From: an uncultured Eggerthellaceae bacterium
GTDB lineage: Bacteria; Actinomycetota; Coriobacteriia; Coriobacteriales; Eggerthellaceae
Assembly: GCA_910589135.1 (NCBI GenBank)
Contig: CAJUSL010000001.1
Location: 68,058 to 132,057 of the forward strand
Length of the DNA: 64,000 bases
Direction: 5' to 3'
Part shown: positions 7,667-17,836 of the stretch, one piece after another
Layout: every line of letters begins with the position of its first letter
Position numbering within the stretch: position 1 is the stretch's first letter
Translations under genes and position numbers: made by a program
The notes under the pieces: model-generated
Told to the model about the DNA's origin: nothing
Seen by the model: the letters and a program-made list of their open reading frames with translations, nothing else
Databases searched by the model: none

Positions 7667-10612
7667 TTACTTGACCCATTTCTTCAGCATGCGAACCAGC
7701 GTGTCGATTTCCAGAGGCTTGGCCATATGGTCGTTCATGCCCACGCTGCGGGTGCGCTTGACGTCCTCGGCGAACGCGTCGGCAGAAAGCGCGATGATGG
7801 GAATCTCGCCCATGTCGGGGCGCTCGGCGGCCGCCTCTCGAATGGCGGTAGCCGCCTCGTAGCCGTTCATGACGGGCATCTGGATGTCCATCAGCACGAT
7901 GTCGTAATGCCCCGGGTCGTGGTTTAGCAGCGCATCGACGGCGAGTTTGCCGTTCTCGGCATGGTCGACGTCGGCACCGGTGAGCTCCAGGAGCTCCTGC
8001 GCGATGGTGGCGGCCATCATGTTGTCCTCCGTGAGCAGGATGCGCCGGCCGCGGAACTGCAGCTCTTCCAGCATCACCTGTTCGTCGCTGATCGACTTCA
8101 CCTCGCCGCTGATGAGCTCCTTCATGACCTGGACGAGCCTGGAGCGGAACAGCGGCTTCGAAATGAAGGCATCCACGCCTACCTCGCGGGCCTCTTGCTC
8201 GATGATCGACCAGTCGTATCCGGACAGGATGATGATAGGCATCTGGTCGACGGCGACCTCGCGGATGCGCTTCGCAGCCTCGAGGCCGCTCATTTCCGGC
8301 ATGCGCCAGTCGAGGATGACGGCGTTGTAGGGGTTGCCTTCGCGCTCGGCCTTGACGACGGCTTCGATGCCCTCCTTGCCCGACATGACGAACTCGGAGC
8401 GCATGCCCATGTCGTCGAGCAGCAAGCAGGCACCCTCGCAGGCGATGAGGTCGTCGTCGACCACGAGAACGCGCATGTCTTTCAGCTCGGACAGGTCCTC
8501 CTGGGCTCCATCGCGCAGCTTCAGGTGCACCGTGACGGTAAAGGTGGTGCCCTCGCCCTCGGCGGACTCCACCTCGATGTCGCCGTTCATCATGTTGACG
8601 ACGCTCTTCACGATCGCCATGCCGAGGCCGGTGCCCTCCACCTTGGTGGTGCGCGAGTCGTTGGCGCGCGTGAAGGGGTCGAACACCGTCTTCACGAACT
8701 CGGGACTCATGCCGCAGCCGGTGTCGCTGAAGATGAACTCGTAGCAGCCGCTGTCGGGGATGCGGCTGGGCAGCTCGGTGATGCGCAGTCCGATTTCGCC
8801 GCCTTCGGGCGTGAACTTGATGGCGTTGCCCATGATGTTCACGAAAACCTGCTGCAGGCGCGTGGGGTCGCCGATCACGTGCTCGTGCTTGATGTCCACC
8901 AGGTTGACCTTCAGTTCTTGGTTCTTGGCGGCTATCTGCGGATTGATGATGGTGATGAGGCTTTCCACGGTTTCGGAAAGCTCGAAGGCTTCCTCGGACA
9001 GGCCGATGGTGCCCGACTCGATCTTCGCCATGTCCAGCACCTCGTTGATGAGACCCAGCAGGTGGCGGCTGGCTGACGTGATGTTGGTGAGGCATTCGCG
9101 CACGCGGTCGGGCTCGTCGACGTGCATGCCGGCGATGGCGGTGAGGCCCATGATAGAGTTCATCGGCGTGCGGATGTCGTGCGACATGGAGTTCAGGAAG
9201 TCGCTCTTGGCCTGCGAGGCGTGCTCGGCCGCCTTGAATGCGTCCTCCAGCGCGTTGCGTGACTTGATTTCCGCCGTCTTCGTCTCGGTGATGTCCTGAA
9301 CGGCGACCAGCACCTGGGTGGGGACGCCTTGCGCGGTTCGCGTTACGGAAAGGATTGCTATCTGGAACCAGCGGTCGCCGACTGCGGCATGGGCCTCCTG
9401 TTGGAAGAAGGGGACGTCCTTCGGCAGCAGTCGCTTCATTTCCTGCAGGTCGAGGATTGCGAGGGGCTCGCCGCTTTCGCCGGGCTCGACGGCTTCCTCG
9501 AAGAACGCGCGCAGCTGCTCATAGGAGCCTTCGGCGGGGAGGTCGTCGCGCGTGCCGGAGCTCTTCAGATATTCGTACGTCTTGTTCACGAGGTCGATGG
9601 ACAACATGCTGCTGAACAGGTTGGTGGATGCGTCAATGATGCGCGTGGCGGCCTGGCGTTCCAGCAGAAGCCGCTTGTTCTTCTTGCGCGACTGCACCAT
9701 GAACACGACCATGACCAGCGCGGCCGCAACCAGGACGCCGGCCACCAGGATCATGCCGGCCAGGTTGGCGTTGGCGACCATGCGGTTCGTGATGGACGCC
9801 GGGAACGAGCGCACCAGCACCCAGTCGAACGATGCGAGCTTCATCATGTATGTGTTGCCCACGCCTTCGTCGGTGTGGTAGGTGAAGCTGGTGGACACGC
9901 CGTTGGCGATGTCGCGGTCGACCTGCTCGACCGTCAGGCCGTCGAGCGACTCGTTGCTGAACACTTCGTTGATGAAGAGCGCGTCGCTGTCCTCGGGAAG
10001 CGCCTTCGCGATGATTTCACCGTCAGGCTTGCAGAGATAGGTGGGCGTCTGCTCGCCCGAGAAGCTGGTGGTCATGAACTCGGTGAGCGTGCTTTCCTGA
10101 TACGCGCTCACGATGACGCCGATGACGCTGTCGCCATGGCTGACCGGGGCGAAGAACGCGATGATGTTCTGGCCGTCGAAGATGGCGTTGTTTATAAAGC
10201 AGATGCCGCTTTCGCCCTTCATGCCTTCGGTGAAGTAGTAGCGGTCGGTTGCGCTGCTGGTGCGGTTGTCGCGGTTGTACGCGGTGCCGTCGGGGGTGAT
10301 GAAGAAGGAGTCGTCGAACTGCGTGAGGTTGAGGATGCTGACGGCCTCGCGCGGGTTTATCTGCGAGCTAGCCAGCGATTCCTCGTAGACGCTGGCGGCC
10401 ATTTGAACGCTGCGCAGCGAGCTGTCGAACAGGTCGTTCACGCGTCTGGCGGTCTGTCCCGTGGACGTTTCGAGGTACTCGCCGTTCTGCGAGATGATTC
10501 GGTTGCTGTTTACGTTCATGAACACCAGCAGGGCCACGACCACTGCAACCGTCGCCACGAAAATCGTGATGATGCGGTTGCGCAGCAGCCCCTGCTCTTC
10601 GTTCTTCTTCAT
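7667..10612 (-). CDS. Hybrid sensor histidine kinase (TM, Cache-like sensor, TM, HisKA, HATPase_c, two receiver domains)
   Basis: H-box SHDIRTPMNSIMG and G2 box GTGLGMAIV. Two REC domains (DWRMPEMSG and MDIQMPVMNG). I place the start at ATG 10612 (MKKNEEQ...) rather than the ORF-track 10723. Confidence 0.9.
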   Translation of the reverse strand: MKKNEEQGLLRNRIITIFVATVAVVVALLVFMNVNSNRIISQNGEYLETSTGQTARRVNDLFDSSLRSVQMAASVYEESLASSQINPREAVSILNLTQFDDSFFITPDGTAYNRDNRTSSATDRYYFTEGMKGESGICFINNAIFDGQNIIAFFAPVSHGDSVIGVIVSAYQESTLTEFMTTSFSGEQTPTYLCKPDGEIIAKALPEDSDALFINEVFSNESLDGLTVEQVDRDIANGVSTSFTYHTDEGVGNTYMMKLASFDWVLVRSFPASITNRMVANANLAGMILVAGVLVAAALVMVVFMVQSRKKNKRLLLERQAATRIIDASTNLFSSMLSIDLVNKTYEYLKSSGTRDDLPAEGSYEQLRAFFEEAVEPGESGEPLAILDLQEMKRLLPKDVPFFQQEAHAAVGDRWFQIAILSVTRTAQGVPTQVLVAVQDITETKTAEIKSRNALEDAFKAAEHASQAKSDFLNSMSHDIRTPMNSIMGLTAIAGMHVDEPDRVRECLTNITSASRHLLGLINEVLDMAKIESGTIGLSEEAFELSETVESLITIINPQIAAKNQELKVNLVDIKHEHVIGDPTRLQQVFVNIMGNAIKFTPEGGEIGLRITELPSRIPDSGCYEFIFSDTGCGMSPEFVKTVFDPFTRANDSRTTKVEGTGLGMAIVKSVVNMMNGDIEVESAEGEGTTFTVTVHLKLRDGAQEDLSELKDMRVLVVDDDLIACEGACLLLDDMGMRSEFVMSGKEGIEAVVKAEREGNPYNAVILDWRMPEMSGLEAAKRIREVAVDQMPIIILSGYDWSIIEQEAREVGVDAFISKPLFRSRLVQVMKELISGEVKSISDEQVMLEELQFRGRRILLTEDNMMAATIAQELLELTGADVDHAENGKLAVDALLNHDPGHYDIVLMDIQMPVMNGYEAATAIREAAAERPDMGEIPIIALSADAFAEDVKRTRSVGMNDHMAKPLEIDTLVRMLKKWVK

Positions 10613-10855
10613 GTGGTGTCCTATCCGGTCGTGTTCGTTGGCCGCGAGGGCCGGCGAAACGGCATGGTTCGATGCATGGTTCCTGTTGAGGAAATAATAA
10701 TATAGATGGCGTTGTTTTCCCACGTCGTTGCCCTAATTGCGCGTCCGAAATCCGTTTCCAAGACGTTGCACGAGAGGGGCTGAACGCGGGGGCGTTACGC
10801 TAGAATTGTCCTATCGAGGCGAAAGCCGAAATCTGTCCGAATTAAGGAGACTCTG

Positions 10856-12070
10856 ATGAACGAGCAGGACAACATCAATCAACCCGCGGAAGGTACGGAT
10901 GCCGTCGAGGACGGTGCGCAGAGCGCCGCCGAGGCCGCTCCTGCCGAGCAGGCCGCTGCCGACGTGGTAGCTGTCGAGCAGGTTGCTGTCGAAGCTGCGC
11001 CGACTGCGCAGAACGCCGCCGAGGCCGCTCCTGCCGAGCAGGCCGCTGTTTGCGAGCCCACGCAGGCCATGCCGGCCACCGAAGCGCCGCAGCAGGTGGC
11101 CCAGCCCGAGGGGCAGGCGCCGCAGCAGGCCCCTGTCGGCCAGGCGCCCACCCCAGCCGATGCCCCCTGCCGGACAGGTTCCCATGCAGGCATCCCCGTG
11201 CAGAACATGGCAGGCGCCCCGGCGCCGGTCGCTCAACCCAGCCCCACAGGCGCGCTCGTCTGCGGCATTCTGGCCATCGTGTTCTGCTGGCTTCCTCTTG
11301 TCGGCATCGTGCTTGGCATCGTGGCCATCGTGCTGGCCGGGAAGTACTTCAAGGCGGGCGGCACGCTGAGCCAGGGCAAGGCCGGCCGCATCTGCGGCAT
11401 CGTGGGCCTGGTGCTTTCTGTCGTCATGGCCGTGATTAGCGTCATCATGATGTTCACCATGCTCGCCGTGCTTGACGACTACGACACCAGTAACCAGTAC
11501 ACCAGCTCCACCACGACGCCCTTGTCGGGCTCGTTTGCTTCCCCGGACGCCCTTTCCGAGCGCCTTGACGACGAGCTGTACGACGTGGTCGACCCCGAGC
11601 TCGACAAGATCAAGAACGCCGACGCCGCTATGGTGCAGGCCATCGCTGCCATCATCCAGGAGTCTCTCGATGACGACCTTGCTTCAGAGAACGTTTCCTT
11701 TGCAGACTTGGGAATCGACTCGACCGAGCTGGCAAAGGCCATGATCCAAGGCTTTGACTACGAGTACGACTTCACCGACATCGACGGCGACGAAGGCGAG
11801 GCATGGTACACGGTTACCTGCAAGGACGCCTATTCCGTCTCAAGCGAGTTCCAGACGCAGGTGTCCGAGCTGCTTTTGGGCGACACCAGCCAGCACACCT
11901 CGATGGAGGCCATCTACGCCGCCATCGGGCAGGCCCTGATGGCGGCTGTCAACGAGACGCCTGCGTCTTCTGACGAGATGTTCGCCGTGGACCTCACGAA
12001 GGTGGGCGACAAGTGGGTGATCGACCAGGAAAGCTGGGACGACGAGATGGACTACCTCTTCGGGTTCTAG
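10856..12070 (+). CDS. Membrane protein with DUF4190-like double-TM segment and Ala/Gln/Pro-rich N-terminus
   Basis: SD AAGGAGA lies upstream of the ATG. The TM hairpin GILAIVFCWLPLVGIVLGIVAIVLAGKYFK is typical of DUF4190 proteins. Followed by a rho-independent terminator. Confidence 0.7.
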   Translation: MNEQDNINQPAEGTDAVEDGAQSAAEAAPAEQAAADVVAVEQVAVEAAPTAQNAAEAAPAEQAAVCEPTQAMPATEAPQQVAQPEGQAPQQAPVGQAPTPADAPCRTGSHAGIPVQNMAGAPAPVAQPSPTGALVCGILAIVFCWLPLVGIVLGIVAIVLAGKYFKAGGTLSQGKAGRICGIVGLVLSVVMAVISVIMMFTMLAVLDDYDTSNQYTSSTTTPLSGSFASPDALSERLDDELYDVVDPELDKIKNADAAMVQAIAAIIQESLDDDLASENVSFADLGIDSTELAKAMIQGFDYEYDFTDIDGDEGEAWYTVTCKDAYSVSSEFQTQVSELLLGDTSQHTSMEAIYAAIGQALMAAVNETPASSDEMFAVDLTKVGDKWVIDQESWDDEMDYLFGF

Positions 12071-12104
12071 TTGCTGCACGCGTTTCGCGCGGAACATGCA
12101 GAAG

Positions 12105-12131
12105 GGCGCTGCCGGTGCAGCGCCCTTTTTG
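12105..12131 (+). terminator. Rho-independent terminator
   Basis: Stem GGGCGCTGC / GCAGCGCCC with loop CGGT, followed by TTTTT, 35 nt after the stop at 12070. Confidence 0.7.
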
Positions 12132-12219
12132 TTGCCTGCGTGTGAAGGTGGGGGGTGCGCCTGGCTTGCCTTGGTGCGGCGACGTGCTTGCCTGCGCCTG
12201 ACGCCTAGCCCGTCTGTGC

Positions 12220-13041
12220 CTATTCCGCCTTGGGCCAGTCCTTGATGTTGACCATGCCGAAGACGTCGGCAAGCACCTGGTCGACGTCTTCGGGGTTGGC
12301 GAGCTCGACGATTTCCTTCGTGCCGTTGACGCGCTTGGTCAACACGCCGTCCTTCAGGCCGTAATAGCCGCCCTCGGTGCGCAGGTTCACGATCTCGTGG
12401 TCGCGGAAGAGCGTGCCGGGCGCCGAGAACACCTGGTTCAGCGAGTCGAAGTCGAGCTCTTCCACCTTCGCCGTGCACAGGGCCAGCTCGGTCTGCCTGC
12501 GCTCGGGCAGGTGGTCGTCGTAGAGGTCTTTCGTAGACTGGGTGACGCGGTCGACGTGCCACCAGGCGTCGTCGTGGCGGTGGGAGATGTAGGTCTCTCC
12601 GTTGATGTTTTGCTCGGTCGCGTGCGCCAGAAGCAGGGTGCCGGACGGCATGGGGCCGCCGAATCCGACATCGGCCGAGGCCGGTCCTTCCTCGAGGTTC
12701 ACGATCATGCCGCGGTGGTTGATGGGCATCAGGCTGTCGCGTCCGCGAACGGCGCGGCAGAGGACCGGGCGCACGTCGAAGCCGATGCTTTGCAGCAGCG
12801 CCTCGAAGAGCTTGTTCAGCTCGAAGCAGTAGCCGCCGAACCGCTCGACGACGATCTTCTGGTAGATGTCGTCGACGTCGAGGGAGGGTAGCGTGCCGCC
12901 TCGATGCAGCGTCACGGTTTCGAACGGGATGGTGCTCTGGTTCAGGTAGATGAGGCTGTCGAGGGTTTCGCGGTTGGCGCGGGGGGAGCCGTCGTACCCG
13001 AGGCGTTCGAGGTAGGCCTGGACCTGTTGGTCGTTGAGCAT
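12220..13041 (-). CDS. Arylamine N-acetyltransferase (NAT family)
   Basis: Active-site Cys context GGYCFELN, plus His (INHRGMIV) and Asp (ADVGFGG) positions of the NAT triad. Start ATG 13041 is preceded by AGGAGA; the ORF-track extension to 13191 lacks support. Confidence 0.85.
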   Translation of the reverse strand: MLNDQQVQAYLERLGYDGSPRANRETLDSLIYLNQSTIPFETVTLHRGGTLPSLDVDDIYQKIVVERFGGYCFELNKLFEALLQSIGFDVRPVLCRAVRGRDSLMPINHRGMIVNLEEGPASADVGFGGPMPSGTLLLAHATEQNINGETYISHRHDDAWWHVDRVTQSTKDLYDDHLPERRQTELALCTAKVEELDFDSLNQVFSAPGTLFRDHEIVNLRTEGGYYGLKDGVLTKRVNGTKEIVELANPEDVDQVLADVFGMVNIKDWPKAE

Positions 13042-13162
13042 CTCGTCTCCTGTCGTTCGCTGCTTGGCAGCGTTCCATGATACATGCAATGCGCGCGGGC
13101 GGGGACGGAGGGCGTGTCGCTGCCCACACAAGCTACCGTCCAACGCCACGCCAAAGCGCCCA

Positions 13163-13378
13163 ATGCCAAAAATTCGGCCTCCGATGGACAAAAATTGCGG
13201 AAATCGGTGATTTTCGGAGTGTTAGCCATGAAAAAACGCTGTTGCAAAACAGACGGCTGCAAGAAGTCCCAGGTAGAGGCGTTGCGGGCCGTGAGGGCCA
13301 TATGGAGGTCGACCGCAGATGCTTCCAAAAGCACCGATTTCCGCAATTTTTGTCCACAACGGCGCAAGAAAATGGCAT
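13163..13378. repeat. Structured intergenic repeat element, copy A (MITE-like)
   Basis: Perfect 24-bp inverted repeat: GGACAAAAATTGCGGAAATCGGTG (13186-13209) and CACCGATTTCCGCAATTTTTGTCC (13332-13355), separated by 122 bp. Outer ATGCCA/TGGCAT boxes sit at symmetric positions. Related copies lie at 26726-26935 and 39772-39808. Confidence 0.6.
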
Positions 13379-13512
13379 CGAACGCAACCGAACGCAGAAA
13401 CCTGCGACGACGCCCGTCGTCCCGCCGTGTTCGACCCTTTCCTGGGTAGCCAACTGGTGACAGATGCGGCCCGTAGGCGTTTCGTCTACAGGCCGTATGT
13501 ATACTGTCATCA

Positions 13513-16500
13513 ATGGACTCGGTTTCGAAATACGTCAAGGAACCCGACCTCTATCTGTTCGACAGGGGCGACGCGCAGCGCGCTTATTACACTTTCGGCT
13601 GCCACAAGCTGCCGGATGCCGGCCCCGACGCATACCTGTTCGTTGTGTGGGCGCCTCATGCGAAAAGCGTCTCGCTGGTCGGCGAATTCAACGACTGGAA
13701 TGCTGACGTCAACCCCATGCGCCTGGTGCATCCTGGCGTGTGGGCGTGCGTGGCCAGCGGGCTGCGCAACGGCGACGTGTACAAATACCACATCGTGGGG
13801 CCCGACGGAAAGGGCCGCCTTAAGGCCGACCCCTTCGCCTTCCACGCCGAAAACGGGCTGAGCACGGCGTCGAAGGTGTGGAGCCTGGAAGCCTACGACT
13901 GGCACGACGGCGACTACATGGAGGCTCGCCGGGCGCGCAATGCGCAGCGCGAGCCCATCTCTATATATGAGATGCATCTGGGGTCGTGGCGCATTCCTCC
14001 CATGCCAGACGGCCAGCTGCCCGAGCAGGTCAACTTCGAGGACCGGCCGCTTCCCAACTATCGCACGGTGGCCGACCAGCTTGCCGAGTACTGCGTGAAG
14101 ATGGGCTACACGCATGTCGAACCCATGCCTCTCACGGAGTTCCCGTTCCCCAATTCGTGGGGCTATCAAACCACCGGGTACTACGCCATCACGTCGCGCT
14201 ACGGCACGCCCGAGGACTTCATGTACTTCGTCGACACCATGCACGCGCACGGCATCGGCGTGATCATGGACTGGGTGCCTGCGCACTTCCCGCGCGACGG
14301 GTTTGCGCTTGCTGCTTTCGACGGCGCCCCGCTGTACGAGTACGCCGACCCGCGCAAGGGCGAGCACGCCGAATGGGGCACGCTGGTGTTCGACTATGGG
14401 CGGCCGCAGGTGGTCAGCTTCCTGGTGTCGGCCGCCATGCAGCTGTTCGACGTCTACCACATCGACGGGCTGCGCGTGGACGCGGTCAGCTCCATGCTGT
14501 ACCTGGATTACGGGCGCGACGAATGGGTGCCCAACAAGGACGGCGGCAACATCAACCTCGAGGCGGTTGCGTTCCTGCAGAAGCTGAACTCGACCGTGCT
14601 GGAGGCATATCCCGGCGCCATCATGGTGGCCGAGGAGTCCACGGCGTTTCCCATGGTCACGCTGCCGCCGTATATGGGCGGTTTGGGCTTCACGTTCAAG
14701 TGGAACATGGGATTCATGCATGACACGCTGGACTATGCGCAGACCGACCCGCTGTTCCGCGCCGGCAGCCACGACAAGCTCACGTTTTCCATGGACTACG
14801 CCTATAGCGAGGCGTTCGTGCTGGAATACTCGCACGACGAGGTCGTCTATGGCAAGAAGTCCATGGTCGACAAGATGTTCGGCGAATACGGGCAGAAGTT
14901 CGCCACGCTGCGCACGCTGATGGGCTATCAGTTTGCGCACCCTGGAAAAAAGCTTACCTTCATGGGGTCGGAATTCGCCCAGTTCGACGAGTGGAACTTC
15001 AAGGAGGAGCTGGGCTGGAACCTGATGCGCTTCGATGCGCATGCCCAGATGCAGCGATTCTCGGCCGAGCTCAACGCGTTCTATCGGAGGCACGCGTCGT
15101 TGTGGCTGAACGACATGGAGCCGCAGGGGTTCCAGTGGGCGAACCGCAACAACCGCGACCAGAACACGATCGCCTTCCTGCGCGTGGCCATGCCCGAGGC
15201 GGCCGACGCCGACCAGCTGGAAGGCCGAGAGATGTGCGACGTGCTGTGCTGCTGCAACTTCTCGCCCAACCCGGTGCGAGGGCTAGTGGTGGGGCTGCCG
15301 CACGAGGGCACGCTGGTCGAGGCGTTCAACAGCGACGAGATCCGTTTCGGCGGCTCGGGGCTTCACAACCGCACGGCCATCACCACCGAGCGCGGCTCGT
15401 TCGAGGGCCAGCCGTTCCATGCGCGGGTGAACGTTCCGCCGCTCAGCGTGGTGTATTTCGAGTGCGTCAGGGAAAGAAAGGGAGTCTGGCAGATGAACGA
15501 CCACGAGGAATGCGTCGCCATGATCCTGGCGGGCGGCCAGGGAAGCCGCCTTGGCGTGTTGACTCGCTATCGCGCGAAGCCGGCCGTGCCCTACGGCGGC
15601 AAGTACCGGATCATCGACTTCACGCTTTCGAACTGCGCGAACTCCGGCATCGGGGTGGTGGGCGTGCTCACCCAGTACGAGCCGTTCGTGCTGAACAGTT
15701 ACATCGGTACGGGCGCGCCGTGGGATTTGGACTCGCCGTCGGGCGGCGTGTTCGTGCTGTCTCCCTACACGCGCGTGGGCGACGTGGGCAGCTGGTACGC
15801 CGGCACCGCCGATGCCATCTACCAGAACACCAATTTCATCGACCGGTTCACGCCCGACTATGTGGTGGTGCTGTCGGGCGACCACATTTACAAGATGGAC
15901 TACAGCCGCATGGTCGCTTTCCACAAGAGTCACGGCGCCGACGTCACCATTGCGGCCATGCCGGTGCCAATCGAGGAGGCCAGCCGTTTCGGCATCCTTG
16001 CCGCCGACGAGAACGACCAGGTCACCGACTTCGTCGAGAAGCCGGCGAACCCGCCCAGCAACCTGGCGTCCATGGGCGTCTACGTATTCAGCTGGGAGAA
16101 GGCGCGCCGCTACCTGATGCTCGACGCCGACGACCCGCAGAGCAGCCACGATTTCGGCAAGGACGTCATTCCGGCAATGTTGGGTGCCGGCGAGAAGCTG
16201 GTCGCCTACCCGTTCGAAGGGTACTGGCGCGACGTGGGCACGGTGGAGAGCCTGTGGGAGGCCAACATGGACCTGCTTAAGGAGGACCCTCCGCTGAACC
16301 TGGGCGACAATTCCTGGAAGATCTATTCGCGCAACCCGTTCATGCCGGCGGCGCTGGTGGGCGAGGAAAGCGTGTTGGACACATGCCTCGTTCCCGAAGG
16401 GTGCGAGCTTGACGGCGAGGTCGAGCACAGCATCCTGTTCCAAGGCGTGCAGGTGGATGCGGGCGCGAAGGTGAAGGACAGCATCGTCATGCTCAGCTCG

Positions 16501-16710
16501 CGCATCGAGCCAGGCGCCGTGGTGCAGCGCGCCATTCTGTCCGAAGACGTGGTCGTGGGCGCCGGCGCGACGGTCGGTGGCGACGGCGAGCTGTGCGTTG
16601 TGGGAGCCAACGCGACGATCATGGACGGCGCGCGGGTGCTGCCTGGCCAGATGGTCGAGCCGGGCGCAATCGTGGAGGCGTCGCCCGCGGAGGAGGCGCA
16701 GGATGAATAA
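13513..16710 (+). CDS. glgB-glgC: 1,4-alpha-glucan branching enzyme fused in frame to glucose-1-phosphate adenylyltransferase (GlgB-GlgC, 1065 aa)
   Basis: Single uninterrupted ORF. The N-terminal ~655 aa are GH13 branching enzyme ([25 protein letters not shown]). From aa 661 it is GlgC ([35 protein letters not shown]). There is no in-frame stop at the junction. Confidence 0.85.
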   Translation: MDSVSKYVKEPDLYLFDRGDAQRAYYTFGCHKLPDAGPDAYLFVVWAPHAKSVSLVGEFNDWNADVNPMRLVHPGVWACVASGLRNGDVYKYHIVGPDGKGRLKADPFAFHAENGLSTASKVWSLEAYDWHDGDYMEARRARNAQREPISIYEMHLGSWRIPPMPDGQLPEQVNFEDRPLPNYRTVADQLAEYCVKMGYTHVEPMPLTEFPFPNSWGYQTTGYYAITSRYGTPEDFMYFVDTMHAHGIGVIMDWVPAHFPRDGFALAAFDGAPLYEYADPRKGEHAEWGTLVFDYGRPQVVSFLVSAAMQLFDVYHIDGLRVDAVSSMLYLDYGRDEWVPNKDGGNINLEAVAFLQKLNSTVLEAYPGAIMVAEESTAFPMVTLPPYMGGLGFTFKWNMGFMHDTLDYAQTDPLFRAGSHDKLTFSMDYAYSEAFVLEYSHDEVVYGKKSMVDKMFGEYGQKFATLRTLMGYQFAHPGKKLTFMGSEFAQFDEWNFKEELGWNLMRFDAHAQMQRFSAELNAFYRRHASLWLNDMEPQGFQWANRNNRDQNTIAFLRVAMPEAADADQLEGREMCDVLCCCNFSPNPVRGLVVGLPHEGTLVEAFNSDEIRFGGSGLHNRTAITTERGSFEGQPFHARVNVPPLSVVYFECVRERKGVWQMNDHEECVAMILAGGQGSRLGVLTRYRAKPAVPYGGKYRIIDFTLSNCANSGIGVVGVLTQYEPFVLNSYIGTGAPWDLDSPSGGVFVLSPYTRVGDVGSWYAGTADAIYQNTNFIDRFTPDYVVVLSGDHIYKMDYSRMVAFHKSHGADVTIAAMPVPIEEASRFGILAADENDQVTDFVEKPANPPSNLASMGVYVFSWEKARRYLMLDADDPQSSHDFGKDVIPAMLGAGEKLVAYPFEGYWRDVGTVESLWEANMDLLKEDPPLNLGDNSWKIYSRNPFMPAALVGEESVLDTCLVPEGCELDGEVEHSILFQGVQVDAGAKVKDSIVMLSSRIEPGAVVQRAILSEDVVVGAGATVGGDGELCVVGANATIMDGARVLPGQMVEPGAIVEASPAEEAQDE
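15493..16710 (+). CDS. glgC: Possible independently translated GlgC moiety (internal start in the glgB-glgC frame)
   Basis: In-frame ATG at 15493 is preceded by AAAGGGAG about 8 nt upstream, and the encoded 405 aa is a complete GlgC. Independent initiation is untested. Confidence 0.4.
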   Translation: MNDHEECVAMILAGGQGSRLGVLTRYRAKPAVPYGGKYRIIDFTLSNCANSGIGVVGVLTQYEPFVLNSYIGTGAPWDLDSPSGGVFVLSPYTRVGDVGSWYAGTADAIYQNTNFIDRFTPDYVVVLSGDHIYKMDYSRMVAFHKSHGADVTIAAMPVPIEEASRFGILAADENDQVTDFVEKPANPPSNLASMGVYVFSWEKARRYLMLDADDPQSSHDFGKDVIPAMLGAGEKLVAYPFEGYWRDVGTVESLWEANMDLLKEDPPLNLGDNSWKIYSRNPFMPAALVGEESVLDTCLVPEGCELDGEVEHSILFQGVQVDAGAKVKDSIVMLSSRIEPGAVVQRAILSEDVVVGAGATVGGDGELCVVGANATIMDGARVLPGQMVEPGAIVEASPAEEAQDE

Positions 16711-17836
16711 CGCGTTCGCAATCGTCTACGCCAAGCAGGGGTCGCAGCAGCTTCGCAACCTCATCGAGTTGCGTTCCACGGCGGCGCTGCCGATTGGCGG
16801 CCGCTATCGCATGATCGACGTGCTGCTTTCCAACATCTCCAACAGCGGCATCCATTCGGTGGGGCTTATCACGCAGCGCAACTACAAGTCGCTGATCGAG
16901 CACATCGGGTCGGGCAAGGAGTGGAACCTTTCCAAGAAGATCGGGGGCCTGCGGCTGCTTCCGCCCTACGATCTGGCGTGCGGCACGGAGATGTACCACG
17001 GGCTGCCCGACGCCATTCTGAGCAAGCGCGACTTCGTGGAGAACCAGCGCTGGCGCTATTGCCTGCTGATGGGCACCGACCAGGTGTACAGTCAGGACTT
17101 CAACGCGATGATGGACCACCATGTGGCCACGGGCGCCGACGTGACGGTGATGTACTCGCGCGACAAGAGCCTGATGAACGACGACACCGACGAGGTTTCG
17201 TACTTCGAGATGGACGGCGACATCGTGCGAAACCTGCTCACCAGTCCCACGGGCAAGGACAACTGCTACGCCAACCTGCGCGTCTGCATCATGGACAAGG
17301 AGCTGCTGATGCGCATGGTGGAGGACGTGTGCGCCGAGGGACGCTACGGGTTCGACCAGGACCTGCTGAAGATGGCCATCCGCGACTACAAGGTGGTGGG
17401 GCTCGAGCACAAGGGTTACGTCGGGCGCGTCACGTCGGTGAAGTCGTACTTCGACCTGAACCAGGACATGCTGGACAAGAGCGTGCGCTACGACCTGTTC
17501 AACCCCGCATTCCCCGTGTACACCAAGACGATGGACGCGCCGCCCACGCGCTTCGGGCGCGGGTGCGACGTGGAGCACAGCCTGTTCGGGAACGGCTGCG
17601 ACATTCAAGGGCACGTGCGCAACAGCATCGTGTTCCGCGGCGTGAAGATCGCGCAGACGGCGCACGTCGAGAACTGCATCATCATGCAGAACTCGCGCAT
17701 CGAGCCGGGCGCCAAGCTGAGCAACATGATCATCGACAAGAACGTGGTGGTAAAGGCGGGCGTGCGGTGCATCGCGGTGCCGTACGACCCGAAGGTCATC
17801 CGCAAGGGTGCCGTGGTCGAAGGGTCGATGGCATGA
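16703..17836 (+). CDS. glgD: Glucose-1-phosphate adenylyltransferase regulatory subunit GlgD
   Basis: [13 protein letters not shown]...[23 protein letters not shown] is NTP-transferase-like but lacks the GGxGxRL motif, as in Firmicutes GlgD. The start overlaps the glgBC stop by 8 nt. Confidence 0.85.
   Translation: MNNAFAIVYAKQGSQQLRNLIELRSTAALPIGGRYRMIDVLLSNISNSGIHSVGLITQRNYKSLIEHIGSGKEWNLSKKIGGLRLLPPYDLACGTEMYHGLPDAILSKRDFVENQRWRYCLLMGTDQVYSQDFNAMMDHHVATGADVTVMYSRDKSLMNDDTDEVSYFEMDGDIVRNLLTSPTGKDNCYANLRVCIMDKELLMRMVEDVCAEGRYGFDQDLLKMAIRDYKVVGLEHKGYVGRVTSVKSYFDLNQDMLDKSVRYDLFNPAFPVYTKTMDAPPTRFGRGCDVEHSLFGNGCDIQGHVRNSIVFRGVKIAQTAHVENCIIMQNSRIEPGAKLSNMIIDKNVVVKAGVRCIAVPYDPKVIRKGAVVEGSMA

Noticed and set aside
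13186-13200. Sigma-54 type -24/-12 promoter (TGGACAAAAATTGC) inside the repeat-element arms.
   Set aside because: The GG-to-GC spacing is 9 nt rather than the required 10 nt. The motif also occurs in both orientations as part of the inverted repeat.
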